Shown here piece by piece: positions 8,367-17,597 of a stretch of DNA of 52,877 nucleotides. Positions within the stretch are counted from its first letter, which is position 1; each line of letters begins with the position of its first letter. The notes under the pieces are model-generated. The model ran no database searches. It worked only from the letters and a program-made list of their open reading frames with translations, and was not told the origin of the DNA. The position numbers were made by a program, and so were the translations under genes. The stretch is from a virus (taxonomy: Duplodnaviria; Caudoviricetes), in the IMG/VR virus record IMGVR_UViG_3300031720_000004, positions 1 to 52,877 of that record; one strand, written 5' to 3'.

Positions 8367-9650
8367 CTACCAGGGGAGCCAGTTCCCGTCGATGACCGTC
8401 GCCTGGATCGTCTGCACAGGCGAGGCCGCGAGGTTGAGGTACGCCTCGAAGTCGAGCGTTGCGAGCACGACATCCTCCATCTTGATGTCGTCGGCGTACT
8501 TGCTCAGCGCGCACTTGTTGAGCGCGATTGTGACGCCGCCCGCGCCTGCGCCCGCGGGGTGCGCGAACGCCAGGGAGAGCGCGCCCGGCACTTCGGTTCC
8601 GGCCGACTGGTTGAACAGCCGGGTGAAGTAGCCGTAGGTGGCGTCGTTGAGAGACGAGAACACGAGGATGGACTGGCCCGTGATCTTGCGCGTCACAGGC
8701 GTGATGTACTGCGGGTTGTGCTGGCCGGACAGCGTGTACGTTTCCTTCAACCCGTTCTCGATGTCCAGGTTGATGGACGACATCTGCAGGATGGCCTGGC
8801 CGTACAGGTTGACCGTAGCCTCTGCGAACACGAACGGCGCTTCGTTGGTGACCGCGACCGCCGTGGGCGAACCCAGAACGGCCTGGCTCTGCGCCACCAC
8901 ATCGGCCGTGAAGTCCGCTTCGGTGTTGCCCGCGGCGATCTTCAGGGTGTACTTGGCGACGCGGCAGCCCGCGTACTGCTCGCTCTGGAACCCGCCGACC
9001 TGCTTCTCGATGGTCAGCGAGTCGAGAAGGTTCTGCTGCACAACGGTGTGCGTGTACGGCGCTACAACCGAAACCGCGGGCGTCGCCGCCACGTGGTTGT
9101 AGTTGATCGCCACATCGAAGGTCAACGTGTAGGGGCCAGCGCCCGTGACGTTGGTGAGCTTGCGCACTTCCGACACCTTGCCGGAAGCGTTGCTGTCGAT
9201 CTGGAAGAAGTCGCCGATGGCGGGAGCCGAGCCACCCGACAGCGTGTATGTGGCCCCGGTCGCGCCCGCCGTGAGCGCACCGAGTGTGCCGGACTTGCCG
9301 CCGCCCGCCGTGCCTGTAACGCCGACTCCGGTGCCGGAGCTGGTGACGTTGGCGCGCCCGCCATCCGCGCCGATGGCCGCAACCAGCATCGGGATGCCGT
9401 TGGTCGGGAAGAGCGGGCCTTCCACGTTGCCCGCGAACTTGTACTCCCCGTACACCGGGAAGATGTTCAGGTCGCGCTGCCCCATCATGACGGGCGGGAA
9501 GAACAGCCCGTTCTCCGGGTTGATGGTGCAGTTCTTCATCGGCTCAAAGTTGGTAGGCGTGAGCGGGGTCGCGAAGGAGGCTTCCTTCGCAATGCCTACC
9601 GCGCTGAGTGAGCCGTACTGCTCGACTGTGGTTACTGCTGGTCCTGGGAT
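8367..9650 (-). CDS. Major tail tube protein, probable ATC start
   Basis: SLTIEK...YAGCRVAK tube-like motifs. The tube-like N-terminus GSLSAVGIAKEASFATPLTPT lies upstream of the first ATG (9539) and is reached from AAGGAGG-ttca-ATC at 9650. Confidence 0.85.
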   Translation of the reverse strand: MPGPAVTTVEQYGSLSAVGIAKEASFATPLTPTNFEPMKNCTINPENGLFFPPVMMGQRDLNIFPVYGEYKFAGNVEGPLFPTNGIPMLVAAIGADGGRANVTSSGTGVGVTGTAGGGKSGTLGALTAGATGATYTLSGGSAPAIGDFFQIDSNASGKVSEVRKLTNVTGAGPYTLTFDVAINYNHVAATPAVSVVAPYTHTVVQQNLLDSLTIEKQVGGFQSEQYAGCRVAKYTLKIAAGNTEADFTADVVAQSQAVLGSPTAVAVTNEAPFVFAEATVNLYGQAILQMSSINLDIENGLKETYTLSGQHNPQYITPVTRKITGQSILVFSSLNDATYGYFTRLFNQSAGTEVPGALSLAFAHPAGAGAGGVTIALNKCALSKYADDIKMEDVVLATLDFEAYLNLAASPVQTIQATVIDGNWLPW

Positions 9651-9910
9651 TGAACCTCCTTCGTCACTTCAGGCTTGGCGATTGCCTCCTTCTTCTTGCC
9701 CTTGACGGGCTGCTCCACGTCCTCGGCGACGGCGACCGCCACCGGCTCCGTTACTTCGACTGGCTGATCCGCAGTGACCCAGAAGCCGCTCTCGAGCATC
9801 GCAGCGCCTTCCTCGTCGGTCACGTCGCGCTCGTCGCCCGGTTGAACTGGACCGCTGACGGGGCCGGTGACGAACGTGACGTCGTACGGCCAGATGAACT
9901 TGACCCTCAT
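9632..9910 (-). CDS. Small neck-region hypothetical protein
   Basis: MRVKFIWPY...VQPGDERDVTDEEG; ATGA-coupled start at 9910. Confidence 0.65.
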   Translation of the reverse strand: MRVKFIWPYDVTFVTGPVSGPVQPGDERDVTDEEGAAMLESGFWVTADQPVEVTEPVAVAVAEDVEQPVKGKKKEAIAKPEVTKEVQSQDQQ

Positions 9911-10380
9911 AGACGTGTAAGCAAACCTCCTAATTTGGCAGTGGACAACAGCTCTGACAACGCAGCCTTCGTCATCCGCTGCGTCAGGTCTTCGCGGACT
10001 TCCTCGCGCACCTTGTCCCAGCCGCGCTGTGGGTAAGGGTTCGGCTGCGTCGGGCCGACTTGCATCGCGAACACGTCCTGGCCGTTCTCGTCGACCCAGT
10101 GCAACACCTTGGCTTTCTTGGGGACGATGATGCCGTGGCCGTCTCGGATGATGAGCGCGTACGACACACCCGCCGTGATCGTGATGGTGGTGGAACCCAA
10201 GCGCCCCGTGGCCTTGGCCTTCAGGCTGCTCTTGAGAGTCTTGCTCCCGTCCGGGCTGCCGAACATCTCCAGCTGGCGTGTCTTGCCTACCGGAGCCTCG
10301 TCCTGAACAGCCTTGAGCACCTTGTCCTTGTTCGCAACGGCCCACTCAACAGTAGCCCGCTGGATCGCCATGAAGCTCAT
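9907..10380 (-). CDS. HK97 gp10-like neck / tail-completion protein
   Basis: EAPVGKT...LKSSL...YALII.DG...IVPKKAKVLHW...GPTQPNPY motifs; ATGA-coupled start at 10380. Confidence 0.75.
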   Translation of the reverse strand: MSFMAIQRATVEWAVANKDKVLKAVQDEAPVGKTRQLEMFGSPDGSKTLKSSLKAKATGRLGSTTITITAGVSYALIIRDGHGIIVPKKAKVLHWVDENGQDVFAMQVGPTQPNPYPQRGWDKVREEVREDLTQRMTKAALSELLSTAKLGGLLTRL

Positions 10381-10883
10381 GCCTGGTAGTCCTCGGTCAT
10401 GTCCACGATGAGGTGGGCGGTGTACAACAGTTGGCCCTGATCTGCGATCGGCTCTGGGTCGGCGGAGTCCATCTCGATGTTCTCGCCAATCATGATCAGC
10501 TGCGTGACCTGCGGCTGGCTGTCCAAGTCGGTGATGGTCATCGGATAGCCGATGTCCTCGATGCCCCAGCGGAGCGAGTCCTTGATCATGTTCCAAGTGG
10601 TGTCGCTCGGCTGCGGCGTGTCGATGAAGAACAGGAACACGTTGACCTTCCAAGGAGCGCGCTTGAAGCCGCCCGTGTGTCCGGCTGAGCGCGGCGCTGT
10701 GGTGCGGTGGATCGCGGCCTTGGCATCCCAGATGAACGCCTGCGGGCCTTCCATCGCTTCCAACACAGCGTTGGGTGGCGCGATAAAGCAAGCGAACGGC
10801 GCGATGTTGAGCGCCTCCATCGGCGGCGTGATCCAGCCGTCGAGCTTGGTCTTGAGCACGGCCATCACTGCGTTGGCGCTCAA
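10377..10883 (-). CDS. Probable tail terminator / head-tail connector
   Basis: TTGA-coupled start at 10883; size and position in the neck module. Confidence 0.55.
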   Translation of the reverse strand: MSANAVMAVLKTKLDGWITPPMEALNIAPFACFIAPPNAVLEAMEGPQAFIWDAKAAIHRTTAPRSAGHTGGFKRAPWKVNVFLFFIDTPQPSDTTWNMIKDSLRWGIEDIGYPMTITDLDSQPQVTQLIMIGENIEMDSADPEPIADQGQLLYTAHLIVDMTEDYQA

Positions 10884-11092
10884 GCTGTTGCCTCTACAGC
10901 CCTCGGGAATGCCTGACCGCGGCGCAGTCCGTACTTCTTGCGCAGGCACTTGTCGCAGACCCACTTGTGTAGGTCGTCTGACCAGGAGATGTGCTCGCCG
11001 CAGTAGCGGTGGCCACAGCCAGCTTCGCAGTCCTGTACGGTTACGGCTTTCATGCGGGTGCAGAGCGGGCAAGCCTTGCGTGGCCTTCCTAC
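10880..11092 (-). CDS. Small Cys/His zinc-finger protein, probable GTA start (not in the ORF track)
   Basis: AGGAGG-gttca-GTA then (M)GRPRKACPLC...CEAGCGHRYCGEH...VCDKC...ATA*. It fills the gap between its neighbours and its stop overlaps the next start. Confidence 0.7.
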   Translation of the reverse strand, partial: VGRPRKACPLCTRMKAVTVQDCEAGCGHRYCGEHISWSDDLHKWVCDKCLRKKYGLRRGQAFPRAVEATA

Positions 11093-11102
11093 TGAACCCT
11101 CC

Positions 11103-12032
11103 TCACACGACCACCAGACCGTACTTCTTCACGATGTCCTCGGCCATCCGCTCCAGTTCCTGCACCGACTTGCTGGCGGTGATGGGTGCCCCGCGCGCCT
11201 GGGGCGCGATGGTCGTGGCCCCGCGGATGCGCGCGTAGGCGGCGGCGAGGTAGAACCCGGCCTGCTGCAAGTTCGCGTCCTGCTGGGCCACGCGAGTGCC
11301 CAGTGCGTGGGCTTCCTGGAGGTTGGACTGAAGGTGGAGGACTCCGGGGCCGTTCACTGCGCCGCTTGTATCGGGGACGGCGCTGGTGACCAGGATGCCC
11401 TCCGTGCTCGCTCCGTCGTAGATGCGCCCGGCTGCCGGGCTGACCACGTTCCAACCGCAGATGTCGTCCACATGGATGGTGCTGTCGTTGATCGCTGCGG
11501 CACTGAGCAGCCCGCAGTTGATCATGTGACCGGCAATGTACTGCACCTGCAGACGGATGCCGTTGCGCCCGGACGACCAGTCGATGATGCCCGGCGCGAT
11601 GTTGATGTACTGCGCGCCGCGGGCCGCGCCGGGGAACGCGCTGTACAGCGGGCCTCCGATGATCTCGTCTATCTGGAAGCTCGACACCGGGATGGACGTC
11701 CAAGCTGGCGGGTAGGTGGACGACGGCGACCACTGGCCTGAGATCACCTGCAACACCGGCCACTGCTGGCAGCGGAGTCGGCCTTCAAACGTGCTCCTGT
11801 CCATCACCAGCGCGTAGTCCGGCCCGCGTTCCTGCTGTAGGAACACGGTGGTACGCAACACCTGCTCGGCCAGCTCATCCATGCGCTCGGTCACGCGCCA
11901 GCACAACTGCACCTGTTCGGCGTTGGGCGAAGTGCTGCCACGCGATGGCATGCTGTTCCAGTCGATGCCCAGCGGCGCGTTGATCAGCTCAACCGGCGTG
12001 ATGTACGGAGTCCGGTTTGCTATCTGCGGCAA
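11103..12032 (-). CDS. Head-to-tail adaptor
   Basis: 309 aa with YITPVEL N-terminus and VQYIAG...LQQA motif; TTG start after TAAGGAGG; position after the capsid gene. Confidence 0.7.
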   Translation of the reverse strand: MPQIANRTPYITPVELINAPLGIDWNSMPSRGSTSPNAEQVQLCWRVTERMDELAEQVLRTTVFLQQERGPDYALVMDRSTFEGRLRCQQWPVLQVISGQWSPSSTYPPAWTSIPVSSFQIDEIIGGPLYSAFPGAARGAQYINIAPGIIDWSSGRNGIRLQVQYIAGHMINCGLLSAAAINDSTIHVDDICGWNVVSPAAGRIYDGASTEGILVTSAVPDTSGAVNGPGVLHLQSNLQEAHALGTRVAQQDANLQQAGFYLAAAYARIRGATTIAPQARGAPITASKSVQELERMAEDIVKKYGLVVV

Positions 12033-12041
12033 GGAGCCTCC

Positions 12042-12416
12042 TTACCGGGTGCCTACGTTGATGGCCCGGCGACGCTTCCCGCGCTGGAACTCCTGGAACT
12101 CCTGGAAGTCCTGCACGTTGCCGCGCAAGAACTGCTCCTCCGCGTCCTCCTTGGCGCGCCGCTCGGCGTCGCTGAGAGGCACGAGGCTGGCGTTCGGTGC
12201 CCAGTGCGTGGTGAAGCTGGTGCCGTCCAGGGACTTGGTCATGATGCCGGGGTCCATCTCGATCAGCTTGGCGCAGCACGACTCGCACTCCAGGATGAAG
12301 TGGCCGGGCGTCCCGTCCTCTTTGTTCATCTTCTTGGTGCGCACGTGCCGGTGGCTGGTGCCGTCCGGCTGCGGAACGGTGATGTCGTCGATGTCGGTTC
12401 GTCCGTAGAGCTTCAA
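12042..12416 (-). CDS. Hypothetical protein
   Basis: TTGA-coupled start at 12416 with AAGGAG; contains CxxCC. Confidence 0.6.
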   Translation of the reverse strand: MKLYGRTDIDDITVPQPDGTSHRHVRTKKMNKEDGTPGHFILECESCCAKLIEMDPGIMTKSLDGTSFTTHWAPNASLVPLSDAERRAKEDAEEQFLRGNVQDFQEFQEFQRGKRRRAINVGTR

Positions 12417-12706
12417 ACGCTTGTCTCCTTCGTCACCGCGATGTGGCACCGCGGGCATTCGGTCTCCCAGTCCCACAACGTACGCATGCACGTGGGACAG
12501 ACACGGTCATCCTTGCTTCCCAGCCCGAGGACCGTTCCCGACACCGCCGCCACCACGTCGTAGTGACGCAGAGCGCCATTCTTCTTGAAGTCCCGCGCCA
12601 CGTTGTCCGGCAGCGTCACGCGCCCGCGCCTGTCCGCGCGGAAGGACGCGCCGCTGTGGTGATCGATGCCGGTTGCGCCGCGGGGTAGCTGGAATGTTTC
12701 GCTCAT
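12413..12706 (-). CDS. Zinc-ribbon hypothetical protein
   Basis: 97 aa, CPTC...CPRC; coupled at both ends. Confidence 0.7.
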   Translation of the reverse strand: MSETFQLPRGATGIDHHSGASFRADRRGRVTLPDNVARDFKKNGALRHYDVVAAVSGTVLGLGSKDDRVCPTCMRTLWDWETECPRCHIAVTKETSV

Positions 12707-12906
12707 GCGGTGTTGCTGAGGATCTCCTTGATCTTGTCGATGGGAATCTTGTGGCCGTGGTTCGCGCCGCGCTGCGCAGCGACAGCGTTCTTCTGGTTGG
12801 TCGACGCGCTGATCTGGGCCAGGTAGCCGTCCTCCTGGTACTCAGTCGGGACGCCGCCGTAGCGCGCCATCCAGTCCGTGTCGTGGTAGCCGCCTGGTAG
12901 TGCTAT
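12703..12906 (-). CDS. Small hypothetical protein, probable ATA start (not in the ORF track)
   Basis: AGGAGG-tgcctca-ATA then (M)ALPGGYHDTDWMARYGG...KIKEILSNTA*; the stop overlaps the next ATG. Confidence 0.7.
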   Translation of the reverse strand: MALPGGYHDTDWMARYGGVPTEYQEDGYLAQISASTNQKNAVAAQRGANHGHKIPIDKIKEILSNTA

Positions 12907-12929
12907 TGAGGCACCTCCTGGTTAAGAGT

Positions 12930-12954
12930 GGGAGGCCGGACGGCCCGACCTCCC
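12930..12954 (-). terminator. GC-rich hairpin after the major capsid gene (weak terminator or mRNA stabiliser)
   Basis: GGGAGGUCGGG-CCG-UCCGGCCUCCC followed only by a poor U-tract (ACUCUU). Confidence 0.45.
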
Positions 12955-12968
12955 CTTTGGGTCGACGG

Positions 12969-14846
12969 TTACGAGAAGGTCGTGCCGGAACCGACCGACT
13001 TCTGCAGCCCCTGAACGAGCGCGCTGTACTGCGGCGCGATGCCGACCAGCGTCCCGTAGAGGAACAGCGAGAAGCGGAAGGTCACGTCGATGACCGGCCA
13101 CGCGATGGACACGTAGTCCTGCACGTTGACCACTTCCCACGCGTTGTTGACGTTGTTGAAGCTGGTGGGGAGCTTGAACGTGAGCAGCATCGCGGAACCC
13201 TGCTTCCACCACGGGTGGGTCATGATCCGGATGAGCTTGCGCGTGAACGGGTTCTGGAACTGGCTGATCGCGGCCCCGGCCTTGATGTCTCCGATCTCGT
13301 CCTGAGCGATGAACAGCTGGTACGCACCCGTCTGGCCGTTCTTGCTCATGATGTCGTTCGTGAGGTTGATCTGGTCGTACGCCTCGGTGATCAGCAGCTC
13401 GGGGTCGGCGCGGAAGCCGCCGTTGCCGCTGTTGTTCGGAGCCGTGTTGTCCCACAGCCCGAGCAGAGCGTTGAAGATGGCCGCGGTGTTGAGCACCGTG
13501 CCCACCCTCTGGTTGAAGTAGCCGCCCGCGTAGCCCGAGGTCGGGTACACGTTGGGGCCACCCGCGTTTCCGGCCCATCCGGAGAGGATCGAGAACAGAC
13601 CCTCGTACCGGGTCGTCGCGCCGGTTCCGCTGTCGGCCGCTGGCGGGTTCGTGCCCGAGGTCGGGAGCGCGCCCTGGAGCGTGACCTTCTGACCGCCGAG
13701 GTCCGTCACGTTGAGCCAGAAGCCCGCGCGACCGGGGTTCGCCGCGCCCGTCGCGGTGTACACGTTGTACGAGAGCGCGCCCAGCGCCGGGTTGACCGTC
13801 ACGTCGATCACCTGGCCGTTGGACGCCGCCTGGGTCGCCACCGTGCCTGCGCCATACAGCGTCTCGCCGAAGTAGTTCTTCGCCGTGACGATGATGTACA
13901 CGTTGGTTGTGATGCCGGACAGTCCGGTCTCACCTGTGCCCGCCGAGCGGGCGGCGGTCGTGGGGGTCGTCGGCGGCGTGAGCACGGTGTTCGTGCCCGC
14001 GAGGAGCATGTACTCCTCCGCCAACATGGCCTTCTGCATGAGGATCAGGTTGGCGAGGCCAGCCACGTCCTCAAAGCCCTGGCCTGCCCACTGCGACAGC
14101 CAGGAGACCTGCTCCGACCGACCGAAGAACTTGTACGGGATCGACACGTCCGTGCCAGCCGGGGTGTCACCCGCGGGCAGCTGGACGGGCCAGTTCGTGA
14201 ACGAGCCACCACCGGGGAACTCCGCGATGTCCCAGGGGATGGGGTTCCCGGCCGAGCCGCCCGTCTGCGAACCGGCGATGCCCGTGATGACCTTGACCTT
14301 GCGGGCAGTGCCCTGGCCCTGAGTCCTCGGGAGCATTCCGCGCAGCGGAGCGTAGACCGGGTAGATGAGGCGGGTCGGCGCGACGAGGTCGAAGGGGACC
14401 AGACCGCTGGCGAGCGGGGACGTCAGCGTGACGTCCTTGCCCAACGCGGCGCTGATCTGCGTGGAGAGCTGCTGGACGAGGCTGTTGATCCCCATCTGCA
14501 TGGGGTTGCTGTCCAGGAAACCCTTGAGCTGCGGCATGAAGTCCTGAGCGAACCCAGCCGCCACCTTCTTCGGGTTGGCGATGCCCTCCTTCGTCTGCCG
14601 CATGACGGACTTGGCGACGAACACGCTGCGGTCGTCGATCTCCATGCCGTCCTCGTACGGCTCCACGCGTCCGCGCTTGCGCGCGTAGCCCCAGCCCTTG
14701 ACGAGATCGGGCATGCGGGCTGCCAGCTCGCGCTCGCTGTCGTAGCCGTTGGCACCGGCTGCGGCCAGCTCACCGAGATGGATCGGGTCGAGCGTTGCGG
14801 CTCCGCGGGCGGCTTCGCCCGTGTCCGCTGAAAACGTTCGCGCTAT
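12969..14846 (-). CDS. Major capsid protein, probable ATA start
   Basis: Follows the protease/scaffold gene; GLVPFDL...PVYAPLRGMLPR and EEYMLLAG motifs plus a central beta-rich insertion. AGGAGG-tcatca-ATA at 14846 is in frame, 44 codons above the ATG at 14714. Confidence 0.85.
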   Translation of the reverse strand: MARTFSADTGEAARGAATLDPIHLGELAAAGANGYDSERELAARMPDLVKGWGYARKRGRVEPYEDGMEIDDRSVFVAKSVMRQTKEGIANPKKVAAGFAQDFMPQLKGFLDSNPMQMGINSLVQQLSTQISAALGKDVTLTSPLASGLVPFDLVAPTRLIYPVYAPLRGMLPRTQGQGTARKVKVITGIAGSQTGGSAGNPIPWDIAEFPGGGSFTNWPVQLPAGDTPAGTDVSIPYKFFGRSEQVSWLSQWAGQGFEDVAGLANLILMQKAMLAEEYMLLAGTNTVLTPPTTPTTAARSAGTGETGLSGITTNVYIIVTAKNYFGETLYGAGTVATQAASNGQVIDVTVNPALGALSYNVYTATGAANPGRAGFWLNVTDLGGQKVTLQGALPTSGTNPPAADSGTGATTRYEGLFSILSGWAGNAGGPNVYPTSGYAGGYFNQRVGTVLNTAAIFNALLGLWDNTAPNNSGNGGFRADPELLITEAYDQINLTNDIMSKNGQTGAYQLFIAQDEIGDIKAGAAISQFQNPFTRKLIRIMTHPWWKQGSAMLLTFKLPTSFNNVNNAWEVVNVQDYVSIAWPVIDVTFRFSLFLYGTLVGIAPQYSALVQGLQKSVGSGTTFS

Positions 14847-14882
14847 TGATGACCTCCTATGGGGATTGTGTTGCGGGGACTG

Positions 14883-17156
14883 CTACTTCGTGATGTCGGC
14901 GGACGCTGACTTCTCGACCTTCTCGATGTTCATCAGCTCCTGCTGCGCGCGGTCGCGGGCCGAAACGTCCGTGGCGTAGATCGCCTGGTGCTCCAGCCGT
15001 GCGCGCTTCTCGATCCGCTCTGCGTTGGCAGCCTCTTCCTTGCGCTTCTGCACCTCGGGAGAGACGCCCTTGCCCAACGCTTCGCGGCGGACGGGACCAC
15101 GTGTGGGGTCGGTCTGCTTGGCCATCTTCTTGACGCTGCGCTTCAGCCCCTTGAGCTTCTTCTGCAGCTTGGCCTTCTTGGACTTCTTCTTCTTCGCCTT
15201 GGGAGGCTTGACGGGCGGGACGGAACCCTCCGGCAAGTCGGCGTCGGCCGCGCCCGCGGCCTGTCCGTGCTCCTCCTGGTCGGTGCCGATCGGCTCCTTC
15301 TGGCCCTTGATGACCTTGAGCTTCGCGACGCCGTTGGTCGGCTGCTTCGTCGCCTTGCGCAGCTTCTTCAGCTGGGTCCGCGCCTTCTTCGCGCGCTTCG
15401 CCTGCTTCTTGACGCGCTTCTTGAGCTTGGCGGTCTTGCTCTTCTTCTTCTTCGGGGTCGGGATGTCCATGTCGCCGGGCTGTGCGATTGCGGTCTTCAT
15501 GCCTTTCACCTTCTTGACCTTCTTGACCTTCGCTTTGCCCGACTTCGGTGCCGCGCCCGGTGTCGGCGGCTCGAGGCAGCAGTTGATATCCGGGAACGCC
15601 ACCATCAGCGCGTTGTGCAGCTGATCGACCAGAGCCATCGAAGCGCGCTTGGTGTCGCCCGGCGACTGGCGCTGGTGTGCTCCGTCAACGCTGCCGTGAG
15701 ACTTCGGTGCTCCGCCTGAGCCTGCGTTGGCGGGCTTGGCCGCTGCCGCGCTGGCTCCCTCGCCCGTCATGCGCGCGCGCCCTGCGGACAAGTAGCCGCG
15801 CCGGAACTTGCCCGGCGAGACGTTGCCGCTGGCGCTCTCCGCTGACGGCACACCCGGCGTGTCCGTCAGGATGCCCGAGCCAACCGGCCCGGTCGTGGGG
15901 CTGGCGTCGCTGCCGATGGTTCCCGCCGCGTCCGCGAACGAGTGGTTCGGCGTGAGCTGCGTCGGGATCGGGTTCCCGTGGTTGGAGATGATCTCCTTGT
16001 TGGCGTCGACGAACAGCTTGTTCAGCTCGGCGCGGGCATCGAACATGCTCTCCGCCATCGCCTGCGCGTTCTCGAACATCTCGCTCTGCAGGAAGCCCAC
16101 CAAGTGCTGGTAGGCCTCGCCCAGCGCCGAGAGGTTGTGTGCGCTCTTGCCGCTGCCGTTGTCCTCGACGATCTCGTTCTGGAGCAGCTGCCACAGCGCC
16201 AGCTTGGCGTTGGGACCGATCGCCATTGCGATGCCGTCCTTCTCCAGAGTCGGGTACGCGGCCTTCACCGCGTCGTTGCTGTACGCCTGGCACGTCAGGT
16301 CGTGCAGCCGCTGCATCGCGTAGTCGATGTCCTGTCGCTTCTGTAGGGTGATTGAAACCTCCTTCCAATCTTCTGGGATAAGATCCTGACGGCCGATCCG
16401 CAGGGCTTCACGCTTGATGAAGTTCGAGAACGAGAGCGAGTCCGGCCTGTCGGGGCTGTAGGCTTTGATGGCCTTCTTCAGCTCCTTGGGCTTGTCCAGC
16501 GGCTCGTAGGACTTCATCACACCCGTGCCGCCGCACTTGTTGCACTTCGCGCCGTCGACCATCTTGCTGCCCTTGCAGGCGCTGCAGACGGCGTCCTTGC
16601 CGACCATGCCGGTCATCCCACGCGCATCGTCGTCATCAGAGTCGCCGCCCTTCACCATCTTCATCAGGATCTGCATCTCGCCTCCGATGGCCTTCTCCGT
16701 GATGGCGAACTTGCACTTCGGGTTGGCGGGGTAGTCGACCAGCGACACCTCCACGACCTGGCCTCCGACGATGCGCCCGTTCTTGGCCTTGGCATCGCGG
16801 ATGATCCGCGGCTGTGCGATGCCAACGCTGTACGCCTTGAAGCCGCCCTTCTTGACCTGGAGCATGGCACCCGGCTCGTAAACCTCGCTCTTGAGCCAGA
16901 AGCCATCGGGCTTCTCATCCAGTCCGACGCCGATGCCCGCGGGCGGGAGCTGACCGCTGTGCATCTGGCGGATGTTGTAGAAGTCCGTGAACCAGTCGCC
17001 CAAAGCCTTCCGCGCGAAGTCCTTGTCAACGATCTGGTCGTCGAGGTCCAGGTCGTCCGTGGTGGCCTTGCCGTACACGAACAGCGAGCTGCCGTCCGCA
17101 GACTTCTCGTACTTGAAGACTGGGACTGTGATGTAGACCATGTCCTGCTGGGCCGT
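14883..17156 (-). CDS. HK97-type prohead protease fused to a Zn finger and a long scaffold-like region, probable ACG start
   Basis: VYGKATTDDLDLDDQIV...NIRQMH...KAYSVG...EVSLVDYPANPKC protease motifs; CSACKG...CNKCGGTG; AGGAGG-taagttca-ACG at 17156. Confidence 0.85.
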   Translation of the reverse strand, partial: TAQQDMVYITVPVFKYEKSADGSSLFVYGKATTDDLDLDDQIVDKDFARKALGDWFTDFYNIRQMHSGQLPPAGIGVGLDEKPDGFWLKSEVYEPGAMLQVKKGGFKAYSVGIAQPRIIRDAKAKNGRIVGGQVVEVSLVDYPANPKCKFAITEKAIGGEMQILMKMVKGGDSDDDDARGMTGMVGKDAVCSACKGSKMVDGAKCNKCGGTGVMKSYEPLDKPKELKKAIKAYSPDRPDSLSFSNFIKREALRIGRQDLIPEDWKEVSITLQKRQDIDYAMQRLHDLTCQAYSNDAVKAAYPTLEKDGIAMAIGPNAKLALWQLLQNEIVEDNGSGKSAHNLSALGEAYQHLVGFLQSEMFENAQAMAESMFDARAELNKLFVDANKEIISNHGNPIPTQLTPNHSFADAAGTIGSDASPTTGPVGSGILTDTPGVPSAESASGNVSPGKFRRGYLSAGRARMTGEGASAAAAKPANAGSGGAPKSHGSVDGAHQRQSPGDTKRASMALVDQLHNALMVAFPDINCCLEPPTPGAAPKSGKAKVKKVKKVKGMKTAIAQPGDMDIPTPKKKKSKTAKLKKRVKKQAKRAKKARTQLKKLRKATKQPTNGVAKLKVIKGQKEPIGTDQEEHGQAAGAADADLPEGSVPPVKPPKAKKKKSKKAKLQKKLKGLKRSVKKMAKQTDPTRGPVRREALGKGVSPEVQKRKEEAANAERIEKRARLEHQAIYATDVSARDRAQQELMNIEKVEKSASADITK

Positions 17157-17161
17157 TGAAC

Positions 17162-17566
17162 TTACCTCCTGGCGCCCAATCCGGGCAGATGAATGCGGCT
17201 GCTGGTGGTGAGCGCGGCTTCCCGCGCCAGACGCCCTTGTTCGTTGACGATGCGCTCCACCACGTCCATCCGCGGCGTGAGCGAGGAGACGACCTTGACG
17301 ATGCGAATACGAACCCGGTTGGCCTGCTCGTCGTTGCCTTTCAGCGACGCTCGCGGTGCGTGCTTCTGGTAGTGCATCCGCTTCCTGAACAACCGAACCA
17401 GCTCAGCACGGTGCGGCGCGCATTCCCGCGTAGCCCAGCAGTCCCAGCACAGGTTGTCCTTGTACTCGGTCGCGGAGACGTGCTTGCTGCAGGACCGGCA
17501 GGGCAGTTGAATACCTTCGATCCGTAGGCCGGAACCGGCGCGCTCGGGGAGTAAGATGCGGCTCAC
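17162..17566 (-). CDS. Hypothetical CxxC-CxxC protein
   Basis: GTG at 17566 after AAGGAAGG; CRSC...CWDC. Confidence 0.6.
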   Translation of the reverse strand: MSRILLPERAGSGLRIEGIQLPCRSCSKHVSATEYKDNLCWDCWATRECAPHRAELVRLFRKRMHYQKHAPRASLKGNDEQANRVRIRIVKVVSSLTPRMDVVERIVNEQGRLAREAALTTSSRIHLPGLGARR

Positions 17567-17597
17567 TCGGCGTATCCTTCCTTGATGTGAGGGTTCA

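Noticed and set aside
14846-14885. Protease and capsid are in one frame separated by a single TAG, suggesting amber read-through or recoding
   Set aside because: A shared frame has a one-in-three chance. A perfect SD sits between the genes, TAG ends many other genes normally, and read-through cannot explain the tube or Zn-finger starts.
9648-17156. RNA editing (A-to-I or C-to-U) creating AUG/GUG starts
   Set aside because: Editing could rescue AUA, GUA and ACG but not AUC, would need two chemistries, and no deaminase is visible. Direct near-cognate initiation is simpler.
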